32,000 nt of DNA from an uncultured bacterium. Lineage in GTDB: Bacteria > Auribacterota > JACPWU01. Numbering within the stretch: the stretch's first letter is position 1; each line of letters begins with the position of its first letter. The position numbers and the translations under genes were made by a program. Of the stretch, positions 1 to 7,851 are shown piece after piece. The DNA lies in NCBI GenBank assembly GCA_964640155.1, contig CAZXEQ010000002.1, positions 450,001-482,000 on the forward strand, read 5' to 3'. The notes under the pieces were generated by a model. It saw only the letters and a list, made by a program, of their open reading frames with translations, searched no databases and was not told the DNA's origin.

Positions 1-524
1 TATTCATCATTGAAAGATTTAAAACGATCAATGTCAAAATGAGCAATAGCGAAGGGCTCTTTATTCGAAAGTCGAGTCGCAATCTGTTTTTGAATGGCAT
101 TATTGCCAGGGAGTTTTGTGAGAGGATTTGCATCCAAAACATTATTCGTTCGATTGAGAATCATCCAAATACGAGCGAGTAATTCTTCTGGCTCAAAAGG
201 TTTGGTGATATAGTCATCTCCACCACTTTTGAGACCTGTGAGTTTGTCTGGGAAGTCACCTCTGGCAGTGAAATAGACGACGGGGATATGCCAAAGTTTT
301 TTATCTTCTTTGACTTTATTGCAAACTTCATAGCCACTCATGCCAGGGAGCATGACATCAAGAATGATGAGATCGGGTTTGCTTTCGCGAATAAGGCTTA
401 AACCCTTTTCTCCATCGGAAGCCCCAAATACATCAAAACCACGGCGACTGAGAAAAGCTTTAGTTACTTCTAAAATATCCTCATCGTCATCGACAATCAC
501 AAGCTTGGGTCTTGGAGCTTCCAT
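1..524 (-). CDS. Response regulator, CheY-like receiver domain followed by the start of a GGDEF-like output domain (partial; C-terminus lies off the left edge)
   Basis: Reverse-strand translation from ATG (522-524): MEAPRPKLVIVDDDEDILEV...PDLIILDVMLPGMSGYEVC...DDYITKPFEPEELLARI, the receiver-domain acidic pocket/Asp/Lys pattern. It continues as PLTKLPGNNAIQKQI...FAIAHFDIDRFKSFNDE, typical of a GGDEF domain N-terminus. GGAG lies about 8 nt upstream. The frame is open to position 1. Confidence 0.8.
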   Translation of the reverse strand, partial: MEAPRPKLVIVDDDEDILEVTKAFLSRRGFDVFGASDGEKGLSLIRESKPDLIILDVMLPGMSGYEVCNKVKEDKKLWHIPVVYFTARGDFPDKLTGLKSGGDDYITKPFEPEELLARIWMILNRTNNVLDANPLTKLPGNNAIQKQIATRLSNKEPFAIAHFDIDRFKSFNDE

Positions 525-610
525 GTAAGATTCTCCTGAGCGACCTCTCTATTTTAAGGCAATAGGGGGTGAATTTGCAACATAAGATCATTCTTAATAA
601 ATTGGAGAGT

Positions 611-745
611 CTCGTATATAAAAGTGTATTCTTTTGAAAAGTGGCGGGTCCTGCCACTCGTCAGCCCCATCGTGCTCACAAAAAGTTGCGCTCGACGGGG
701 CGCCCCGCCGAGTGTCACCCGCATCTATAAAGGACACACTTTTTT
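611..745 (-). repeat. Family-1 GC-rich inverted-repeat element, copy A (MITE/REP-like, unclassified)
   Basis: The reverse complement aligns along its full length with 5127-5266. It has 14-nt terminal inverted repeats (AAAAGTGTGTCCTT/AAGGACACACTTTT type) and a central G/C hairpin CTCGGCGGGGCGCCCCGTCGAG. Confidence 0.8.
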
Positions 746-753
746 GAACACGA

Positions 754-1941
754 TCAAATCGGATGTACTTCAAAGAAAAGACATTTAAGGTATTGTGTTT
801 CTGGGATATTGGGAAGGATAGGATGATCAAGCCCTTGTGTCCCACGATGAATTAGCTTTAATATTTTTTTCGCATCACGAGCTGCATCCAAAAGAATATC
901 CTCAAATAGAGATTCTTGAATATGATGAGAGCAGGAAGCGCTGATCAGGACCCCTCCAGCGCGAAGCATTTTCATGGCTCTTAAATTGATTTCCTTGTAT
1001 CCGGCCAATGCTCCCTCAATTGAATCTTTTCTTTTGGTGAAAGAAGGAGGATCCAAAATAATCATGTCGAACTTTTTCCCTTCTCGATCAAATTGCTTTA
1101 GAAAATCAAATCCGTTTCCCAGTAAACCTTCCCATCGTGTCTCAACATGATTCAGGGCTGCGCTTTTCTGAGCGATTGCGAGTGCTTCTTCAGAAATATC
1201 AATGCTCAATACTTTTTTTGCTCCTCCCTTCAAACAAGACATAGAAAAGCCACCTGTATAAGAAAAGCAATCCAAGACTTCCTTGTTTTTTGAAAGCGAA
1301 GAAGCCATTTGTCTATTGTCTCTCTGATCCAAATAAAAACCTGTTTTATGCCCATGAAAAACGTCCACCCAAAAATGAATTCCATTTTCTTCTATTTCTA
1401 AAAATTCTGGCGGAGAATTTCCATCCAAACACCCCTGAATTAAAGGAAGACCTTCTAAAGCGCGTGCTTGGAAATCATTTCTTTCATAAATTCCTTTGGG
1501 TTGGAAAATACTTTTTAGTATTTCCACAACCAGGGATTTATGGATATCCATCCCGAGCGTGGTTGTTTGGATAATCAAATAATCTTGATATTGATCTACG
1601 ATAAGACCTGGAAGTCCATCTGATTCACTGTTCACCCAGCGTAGACTTGAAGCTGAAGGAAGATAGGTTTTTCGCCATCGGAGGGCTTCTTTAATGCGTT
1701 TTTCAAAAAAAAGCACATTGATTGCTTCATCTTGTTGGCGAGTCAATAATCTAATAGAAATGGTGGAGAGAGGATTAAACCAACCGATGCCTACCCATTT
1801 CTTTTGATCCGTATAAATGGCAACAGGTTCTTCAGATCGGATTTCTTTATCTACATATTTAATTTGAGACTTGTAAATCCAAGGGTGTCCGGCTTTGACA
1901 CGATCAAAGCCTCTTTTGGAATCGACGATGATTTTTTTCAT
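754..1941 (-). CDS. rlmI: Class I SAM-dependent rRNA (cytosine-C5) methyltransferase, RlmI/YwbD-like (PUA-like N-terminus plus methyltransferase domain)
   Basis: 395-aa ORF. Motifs: GHPWIY N-terminus, DGLPGLIVDQY, GHKTGFYLDQRDNR, VLDCFSYTGGFS (SAM-binding loop) and FDMIILDPPSF. Confidence 0.8.
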   Translation of the reverse strand: MKKIIVDSKRGFDRVKAGHPWIYKSQIKYVDKEIRSEEPVAIYTDQKKWVGIGWFNPLSTISIRLLTRQQDEAINVLFFEKRIKEALRWRKTYLPSASSLRWVNSESDGLPGLIVDQYQDYLIIQTTTLGMDIHKSLVVEILKSIFQPKGIYERNDFQARALEGLPLIQGCLDGNSPPEFLEIEENGIHFWVDVFHGHKTGFYLDQRDNRQMASSLSKNKEVLDCFSYTGGFSMSCLKGGAKKVLSIDISEEALAIAQKSAALNHVETRWEGLLGNGFDFLKQFDREGKKFDMIILDPPSFTKRKDSIEGALAGYKEINLRAMKMLRAGGVLISASCSHHIQESLFEDILLDAARDAKKILKLIHRGTQGLDHPILPNIPETQYLKCLFFEVHPI

Positions 1942-2066
1942 GTTTCAGAGCATATCTAGCTTTTTATAAATACGCAATAGTGATTCAAATGAAAGATGAA
2001 GTCCATTCTAATTAAAATCAATTGTAAAAAAAGTTTGATGTGTATTAAAATCTAGCTTTCATTTAC

Positions 2067-2807
2067 ATGGAGCTTTTAATGAAAATCAAAATATCTATAA
2101 TTATATTTGTCCTTACTTCGATCATAACAGTGGCTCAGGATTTTAATGAAGAACCATTATTACAAGGGGAGAAGGCAGAAAGAAAAAGGATGATGAATGA
2201 TATGCATAACAAATTAAAAGAAAATGCTACAGCATATCTTGAGGCTCTTAAGGAAAATAACTATTTGAAAATGGTTGAGTATTTACATCCTGCTGCTCTA
2301 GAGTCGATGGGAGGGAAGAAGCAATTTATTAAAGTTATGAAGCAATTCTCTAAGGAAGCTGCCGAAAAACAAGATAAAACACACATGTTGCAATCAATAA
2401 AAATTGAAGATATTGGCCAAGTTAGGGAAGTTGGTGATACAAAGATCAGTAGAATCAACGTTTCTTATCCAATTTTTTGGCAGAACACTTGCGTGGCCCG
2501 AGTTATTGCGCCCACGTTTGCAATTAATAGAAAGGATGAAAGGCAATGGTATTTTATTGAAGGGAATAAACAGGGACGTTCCATTCTTATTCAGTTTGAT
2601 AAAATTCCTCGTTCTACTCTACCTCCATTAGAAATAGGGGTAATTGTTGACGAGAAAAAAATCATATTGTGTCGATCAAAAAAGACTCTCAAAAAGGCGT
2701 TAGTAAAAATAGCAAAAAAGTTCGAAGATTCTACCACCGAAGGGTTATTTGAAGGAGAGGATATTGAAGAAGCCTTTGATCAAACTGCATCCCGCTTTTT
2801 CTCTTAG
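2067..2807 (+). CDS. Hypothetical secreted protein (N-terminal signal peptide)
   Basis: 246-aa ORF with a hydrophobic N-terminus MKIKISIIIFVLTSIITVAQD. The true start may be ATG at 2079. No recognisable catalytic motif. Confidence 0.65.
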   Translation: MELLMKIKISIIIFVLTSIITVAQDFNEEPLLQGEKAERKRMMNDMHNKLKENATAYLEALKENNYLKMVEYLHPAALESMGGKKQFIKVMKQFSKEAAEKQDKTHMLQSIKIEDIGQVREVGDTKISRINVSYPIFWQNTCVARVIAPTFAINRKDERQWYFIEGNKQGRSILIQFDKIPRSTLPPLEIGVIVDEKKIILCRSKKTLKKALVKIAKKFEDSTTEGLFEGEDIEEAFDQTASRFFS

Positions 2808-2906
2808 TAATAGAGAATGTTGTAGAAAAATCTTAATTGACTGTTTTTGATCATTCAAACCTGCCTCGCTTGCTCTGATTACCTAGCTTTAATTTTAACC
2901 TTCTTC

Positions 2907-2940
2907 AAGAAAGAATTTGGACTGTTTCAGTCCTTTCTTT
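2907..2940 (+). terminator. Putative intrinsic terminator downstream of the 2067-2807 gene
   Basis: Hairpin AAGAAAGAA(TTT)GGACT-GTTTC-AGTCCTTTCTT followed by T-rich sequence. Confidence 0.35.
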
Positions 2941-3057
2941 GTGAATCTACTTTAAAAAAATTCAGCTGGGTTTTTTGAGGAATTTTTCATAGCAATAGCC
3001 GATTGAGGCTAAATGCGGTATATTATTCTATCTCAAAACTTGATGGAAGGAGTTCCT

Positions 3058-3510
3058 ATGACTGAAAATGTGTCTTTAGCACAAAGAATTCAAAACGATA
3101 TTAAATTAGCGATGAAGTCTGGAGAAAAAAGAAAACTAGAAACTTTGCGTATGGTGTTGGCGGATATTAAAAAAGAAGAAATTCAAAAAGCTCAATTGAA
3201 AGATGAAGATGTTCTGACTTTGATTAAACGTAATGTTAAAACACGTCAAGAATCTATTGCTCAGTTTGAAAAAGGGGGTCGCCCTGATTTAGTTGAGAAA
3301 GAAAAAGCGGAGATAGAAATCTTAAAAATTTATCTTCCTTCCCAATTAACACCAGAGGCTTTAAAAGCTGCTGTTCAGGAAGTCATTGGAAATCTGAAAG
3401 TAACTTCCAAGAAAGATATGGGACTTGTGATGAAAACGGTATTGGGGCAGTATGGGTCACAAGTAGATGGGAAACAGGTTCAAGCTGTGGTCATGCAGCT
3501 CTTAAATTAG
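3058..3510 (+). CDS. GatB/YqeY domain-containing protein
   Basis: The track ORF is 3013-3510. I prefer ATG at 3058 (MTENVSLAQRIQNDIKLAMKSGEK...) because GGAAGGAG sits 5-8 nt upstream. The length and the LAMKSG/LRMVLADIKK/QYGSQVDGKQV pattern are typical of the YqeY family. Confidence 0.8.
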   Translation: MTENVSLAQRIQNDIKLAMKSGEKRKLETLRMVLADIKKEEIQKAQLKDEDVLTLIKRNVKTRQESIAQFEKGGRPDLVEKEKAEIEILKIYLPSQLTPEALKAAVQEVIGNLKVTSKKDMGLVMKTVLGQYGSQVDGKQVQAVVMQLLN

Positions 3511-3514
3511 ATCA

Positions 3515-4504
3515 ATGAATACCAAAACTCTTTTACTCACCTCCAGTGATCTTGAGCATTTGATTGACGAAAAAGATGCCTTTGATGCCATGCGCGAAGT
3601 TTTTCAGGCACATGCATTAGGGCAAACGCAAATGCCTTCTAAGATTTATCTAGATTTGCCTGTGTATCATGGAGATTTAAGGGCCATGCCCGCGCATGTA
3701 GAATCTCTGAAAATTTGTGGCTTAAAATGGGTGAATGCTCATCCTGATAATATTCGTTCGGGCCGATATCCAGCTGTGATGGGGACATTAATTTTGAATG
3801 ATCCCAAAACTGGATTCCCTATGGCGATCATGGATGGAACTCGAATCACTCGCTTAAGAACAGGAGCTGCAGGCGCTTTAGCCTCTTTTTATTTGGCCCG
3901 ACCTAATTCAAAAATTTTGGCTCTTATCGGGTGTGGTGTCCAGGCAGAATCACAGTTATTGTCTCATTTAAAAGTTTTTGAATTTTCGGAAATAAGAATT
4001 TGGGATTTAAGAATTGTTGAAGCCCAGTCTTTTAAAAAGAGAATGGAACCCCATTTTCAAAAAATTCGTGTGTGTGAAAATGTGAGAGATTGTGTCAAGG
4101 ATGCTGAAATTTTGTGTACGACCACACCTGCTAGAGGGCCTATTATTTTTAGGCCATGGATCAATGCCGGCGTGCATATTAATGCAATAGGTGCAGATGC
4201 CAAAGGGAAACAAGAACTTGATCCTGCTATTTTAAAAGAAGCAATTGTCGTTGTAGATGAAATAGATCAGGCCATTCATGGAGGAGAATTAAACGTTCCT
4301 TATTCGCAGGGACTGATTACAGAGAAAAATATCAGTGCAACTTTAGGAGAAATTATTGCTAAAAAGAAGATGGGACGACAGAAAGAAAAAGACATCACTG
4401 TTTTTGATTCAACCGGTTTGGCCATTCAAGACATTGCCTTAGGAGCTAAAGCCTATCAGAAGGCTCTTCAGAAGGGGATAGGGCAGCAAATTCAATTCAT
4501 TTAA
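3515..4504 (+). CDS. Ornithine cyclodeaminase/mu-crystallin family enzyme (archaeal-type alanine dehydrogenase-like)
   Basis: 329-aa ORF with DLRAMPA, KWVNAHPDN, TRLRTGAAGA and the Rossmann motif IGCGVQA. It starts 4 nt after the yqeY-like stop. Confidence 0.8.
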   Translation: MNTKTLLLTSSDLEHLIDEKDAFDAMREVFQAHALGQTQMPSKIYLDLPVYHGDLRAMPAHVESLKICGLKWVNAHPDNIRSGRYPAVMGTLILNDPKTGFPMAIMDGTRITRLRTGAAGALASFYLARPNSKILALIGCGVQAESQLLSHLKVFEFSEIRIWDLRIVEAQSFKKRMEPHFQKIRVCENVRDCVKDAEILCTTTPARGPIIFRPWINAGVHINAIGADAKGKQELDPAILKEAIVVVDEIDQAIHGGELNVPYSQGLITEKNISATLGEIIAKKKMGRQKEKDITVFDSTGLAIQDIALGAKAYQKALQKGIGQQIQFI

Positions 4505-4630
4505 AATCAGTGAATTGTGGATCGAGAAGATCGATTTCCTGAAGACAACTAATGGTTTTTCTCCCCCCACAATCCTTCTACACACTATCAACCATCCACA
4601 TTTTTAATTGTCCATTTTTGAACAATTTTG

Positions 4631-4659
4631 TTGATTTTCTGTTTTTATTTTGTTATATT
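4631..4659 (+). promoter_or_regulatory. Putative sigma70-type promoter (TTGATT-17 nt-TATATT) for the small ORF at 4746
   Basis: -35 TTGATT at 4631-4636, a 17-nt spacer and -10 TATATT at 4654-4659. Confidence 0.4.
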
Positions 4660-4745
4660 TAACTTGGAAATGGTGAGCCTCAGTACGATGGGATTAACAT
4701 TGTAACCATCTCTCGCTAAATGAGTTGTAATTGGAGGTGAGTTAT

Positions 4746-4892
4746 ATGCGCTTGGACATGAGCTTACTGTTTGGAATGCTACTAGGACTCGTGCTAGGGA
4801 CTTTTTATGCGACGCAACTAACAGGTTTTCTTCCTCTCTTAATCATCGCATCTTTGGCGCTTGTTTTTGGGCATTTCCTTCATATCAAATAA
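4746..4892 (+). CDS. Small hydrophobic (two-helix?) membrane peptide, 48 aa
   Basis: ATG preceded by GGAGG (4733-4737, 8-nt spacing). Product: MRLDMSLLFGMLLGLVLGTFYATQLTGFLPLLIIASLALVFGHFLHIK. It has its own promoter-like sequence upstream and a strong terminator downstream. It falls below the length cutoff of the ORF track. Confidence 0.45.
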   Translation: MRLDMSLLFGMLLGLVLGTFYATQLTGFLPLLIIASLALVFGHFLHIK

Positions 4893-4931
4893 TCTTGCAA
4901 CCAAAAGGGCAAGGGTTGAAGTTTACAAACT

Positions 4932-4969
4932 CTTAAAGCCCCAAGGTTCATTTTGGGGCTTTAAGTTTT
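4932..4969 (+). terminator. Intrinsic terminator
   Basis: 12-bp perfect stem CTTAAAGCCCCA/TGGGGCTTTAAG (4932-4943 and 4954-4965), a 10-nt loop, then TTTT. Confidence 0.6.
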
Positions 4970-5126
4970 CATGATAGAGTTCAACTTTAAATTTTTTGTA
5001 GGGACTGCAATTGGAGTTGCGCTAGGAATTCTTTATTCCAAATTCATTCATCATTTCTTCCTTTATTCCTTCTAAATTGTAGAGGACTCCTAAGTATTTT
5101 CTTCCCGCATCGTGTAATCCATGTGC

Positions 5127-5266
5127 AAAAAAGTGTAGCCTTTACAGATACGGGTGACACTCGACGGGGGAGAGGCCCCGCCGCGCGCAATTTTTCATGA
5201 GCACGGTGGGGCCTGACGGGTGGCAGGACCCGTTTCTTACTTGAAGGACACACTTTTATATACGAG
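5127..5266 (+). repeat. Family-1 GC-rich inverted-repeat element, copy B
   Basis: Aligns with the reverse complement of 611-745 at about 80% identity by eye, with long identical blocks. Terminal repeats are AAAAGTGTAGCCTT...AAGGACACACTTTT. Confidence 0.8.
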
Positions 5267-5294
5267 ATCAGTGTGTACAACGATTTTTCTAAGA

Positions 5295-5323
5295 TTGTCG
5301 CTTATTTTGATCAATGTTATAAT
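5295..5323 (+). promoter_or_regulatory. Putative promoter TTGTCG-17 nt-TATAAT placed 7 nt upstream of the epimerase ATG
   Basis: -35 at 5295-5300, -10 TATAAT at 5318-5323, ATG at 5331. There is no Shine-Dalgarno sequence in between. Confidence 0.45.
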
Positions 5324-5330
5324 TAATTTA

Positions 5331-6221
5331 ATGATATTCCTCACGGGTTCTACAGGTTTTGTCGGTCGAAATTTGCTTCCTCATCTGGCGCAAAAAGGGT
5401 ATTCCGTTCGCTGTTTTATTCGTGAAAATTCTCCCACAGAACATCTTGGCAGTGACTGCTTTGACAAGGTGGTAGGAGATATTTTAGACGAATCTTCCTT
5501 GCGATATTCCATGAGGGGGGTAGATACCGTTATTCATTTGGCGGGTGTTCGAATGGAAACAGGAGCTTCAAGTTTTGAAAGTGTTTTTTATTTGGGAACC
5601 CGACATGTGATTGATGTTGCAAAAGCTGCAGGTGTAAAACAATTTATTTTATTTAGCACTTATGGAGCTCGTCCCAAAGCCAGTAGTAAATTTCATCATT
5701 ACAAATGGTTAGCAGAGGAATATTTAAGGCATAGTGGTTTAAAATTTACTATTTTTCGCCCAACACTTATTTATGGACCCTATGATCATTTTGTAACAAG
5801 ATGGATCCGAAAGTTAAAAATACTTCCAATCGTTCCTATTCTAGGAAATGGTTTAAATCTTTTACAACCGGTCAGTATTTTCGATGTTATTGAGTGTATT
5901 TTACGATCTTTAGAAGACTCCACAAAATTAGGGATGACTTATGAATTGGGGGGGCCTGACCGCTTGACCTTTTCTGCAATTATTAGAAAGATTGGAAAGA
6001 CGATTGGTAAAAGAAAGCCTCTTTTTCATTGGCCTCTAGGGATGGCAAAAGTATTTGCCTATTTGATGGAAATAGGTTTTTCTTATCCTGCCTTCACTCC
6101 AGATGAACTTCTGCGATGGATGGAAGATCGTACGTGTGATCATTTACTTGTTGAGAAAGAATTCAAGATGAAGCTGATGCATTTTGAGGAAGGGCTTCAA
6201 AAATATTTTGCTCCGAAATAA
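5331..6221 (+). CDS. NAD(P)-dependent epimerase/dehydratase-type SDR (NDUFA9/NmrA-like)
   Basis: The track ORF starts at 5220, but that extension runs through repeat copy B. ATG at 5331 gives MIFLTGSTGFVGRNL (a GxxGxxG Rossmann motif at the N-terminus); a YKWLAEEY (YxxxK-like) motif follows. Confidence 0.8.
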   Translation: MIFLTGSTGFVGRNLLPHLAQKGYSVRCFIRENSPTEHLGSDCFDKVVGDILDESSLRYSMRGVDTVIHLAGVRMETGASSFESVFYLGTRHVIDVAKAAGVKQFILFSTYGARPKASSKFHHYKWLAEEYLRHSGLKFTIFRPTLIYGPYDHFVTRWIRKLKILPIVPILGNGLNLLQPVSIFDVIECILRSLEDSTKLGMTYELGGPDRLTFSAIIRKIGKTIGKRKPLFHWPLGMAKVFAYLMEIGFSYPAFTPDELLRWMEDRTCDHLLVEKEFKMKLMHFEEGLQKYFAPK

Positions 6222-6243
6222 CTCGCGCAGTGCTCAAATTTGT

Positions 6244-7851
6244 TTACGAACTTTGATCTGCATATTCCCCAAATACTTCTTTAAGAGTTGAAACCATTTC
6301 TCCTAAAGTAGCTTCAGATTGAATCGCTTCCATAAAAGTGGGGATGAGGTTTTCAGTTGATTTAGCTTGCCGACGGATTTTATCTAAAGATTTTTGAACC
6401 TCTTTATTATTTCTATTTTTCTTTAGTTTTCTCAATCGATCTTTTTGAAGTTTTTCTGCCTTAGGATTAATTTTAAAAATTTCGGGGTTGAGTTTCTTTT
6501 TTTCTTGATAATGGTTAACTCCAACAATAATACGTTCCTCAGTTTCCACTTGTTTCTGATATCGGAAAGCACTATCTGCAATTTCTTTTTGAAACCAACT
6601 CTGTTCGATGCCAGCCTCAACTCCTCCCAAATTTTTGATGGTTTGAAAAATGGTATTTACCTCTTTCTCAATGGTGTTGGTTAGATTCTCCACTAAAAAA
6701 GATCCTCCCAAGGGATCATTTACCATGGCGACATTACTCTCATGAGCAATGATTTGCTGTGTTCTTAGGGCTATCTGAACTGCTTTTGGTGTGGGCAGAC
6801 TCAAAGCTTCATCCATGGAGTTTGTATGAAGAGATTGCGTGCCTCCCAAAACTCCTGCAAGGGCTTGCAAGGTTGTTCGTACAATATTGTTTTCAGGTTG
6901 AGTAGCAGTGAGACTACAACCGGCAGTTTGAACATGAAGTCTTAAAAAAAGAGATTTCAAATCCTGAGCTCCATATTCTTCTTTCAAGATTTTGGCCCAA
7001 AGGCGACGCGCTGCACGGTATTTAGCAATTTCTTCAAAGAAATCATTATGAGCATTGAGGAAAAAACTGAGTCGGTGGGCAAACTCATCGATTTTTAATC
7101 CTCGTTCTAAACCTAAGTCGATATAGCGTTTGGCATTGGCCAGAGTAAATGCCAATTCTTGTACAGCGGTAGCCCCTGCTTCACGAATATGATAACCACT
7201 GATAGAGATGGGATACCAACGGGGGACATGATGATGAGAAAATTCGATCATGTCTCCAATCAGGCGCAAAGCCGGTTTGACGGGGAAAATATAAGTATTT
7301 TGCGCCATATACTCTTTCAAAATATCATTTTGCATCGTTCCTCTTAGGCGTTTCCAACTTCCTCCATTTTTTTGAACAATCACTAAAAACATAGCCCAAA
7401 TAATGGCTGCAGGTGCGTTAATGGTCATAGATGTGGAAATATGGTCCAGAGTGATTCCTTTAAAAAGTTCATCCATGTCCCAAATAGAATCAATGGCGAC
7501 GCCGTCTTTTCCAACCTCTCCATGAGATTGAGGATTATCTGAGTCAAACCCCAAAAGGGTGGGGAGATCAAAAGCGATGGATAAACCTGTTTCTCCATGT
7601 TTCAATAAATATTTCAAACGTTGATTAGATTCTTTAGCTGTTCCAAAGCCGGAGAATTGGCGCATAGTCCATAATTGCCCGCGATAGCCTGTAGATGAAA
7701 GCCCTCGAGTAAAAGGATATTCTCCTGGAATCTCAGGTAGAACAGATGCATCTTTGCTAGAGTAATAGGGTTTCAGAGGAATTTCTGAATATGTTTTGAA
7801 TTTATCCTCTGGCATAGGGCATCTCTTTAAGAAGTTTTTTTGCTTCTTCAT
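6244..7851 (-). CDS. Coenzyme-B12-dependent acyl-CoA mutase, large substrate-binding subunit (MCM/ICM family; Phe/Gln ICM-type signature)
   Basis: 535-aa ORF with PFTRG, WTMRQFSGFGTAKESN, GLSIAFDLPT, MQNDILKEYMAQNTYIFP, ISISGYHIREAGA and HTNSMDEALSLPT. It has no C-terminal B12 domain. An alternative start at 7815 (MPEDKF) still overlaps the upstream gene. Confidence 0.9.
   Translation of the reverse strand: MKKQKNFLKRCPMPEDKFKTYSEIPLKPYYSSKDASVLPEIPGEYPFTRGLSSTGYRGQLWTMRQFSGFGTAKESNQRLKYLLKHGETGLSIAFDLPTLLGFDSDNPQSHGEVGKDGVAIDSIWDMDELFKGITLDHISTSMTINAPAAIIWAMFLVIVQKNGGSWKRLRGTMQNDILKEYMAQNTYIFPVKPALRLIGDMIEFSHHHVPRWYPISISGYHIREAGATAVQELAFTLANAKRYIDLGLERGLKIDEFAHRLSFFLNAHNDFFEEIAKYRAARRLWAKILKEEYGAQDLKSLFLRLHVQTAGCSLTATQPENNIVRTTLQALAGVLGGTQSLHTNSMDEALSLPTPKAVQIALRTQQIIAHESNVAMVNDPLGGSFLVENLTNTIEKEVNTIFQTIKNLGGVEAGIEQSWFQKEIADSAFRYQKQVETEERIIVGVNHYQEKKKLNPEIFKINPKAEKLQKDRLRKLKKNRNNKEVQKSLDKIRRQAKSTENLIPTFMEAIQSEATLGEMVSTLKEVFGEYADQSS

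Noticed and set aside
340-528. 62-aa plus-strand ORF at the left edge.
   Set aside because: It is antisense to a clearly recognisable receiver-domain coding sequence. Its product is low-complexity and Ser/Arg-rich, with no start context.
594-845. 83-aa minus-strand ORF spanning repeat copy A. A similar 78-aa ORF (5044-5280, minus strand) spans copy B.
   Set aside because: The two elements are in opposite orientations, so these two minus-strand ORFs read opposite strands of the repeat and share no protein similarity. They are open only because the GC-rich repeat lacks stop codons. The 594-845 ORF also overlaps the 3' end of the rlmI-like gene.
3013-3057. N-terminal extensions suggested by the ORF track: 3013 for the yqeY-like gene, 5220 for the epimerase, 16389 for the secreted protein, 22063 for thiS.
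   Set aside because: In each case an internal ATG has a proper SD or promoter context and gives the canonical family N-terminus. The extensions cross an SD, a repeat element or the upstream gene.
4511-4574. Imperfect hairpin after the OCD-family gene (GAATTGTGG...CCACAATCC) and AATTGTNC/GNACAATT motifs at 4600-4630 that resemble the arms of the family-2 element.
   Set aside because: The matches are short (8-9 nt) and AT-rich, and could easily arise by chance. There is no U-run and no conserved GC-rich core, so they are not counted as a repeat copy or terminator.
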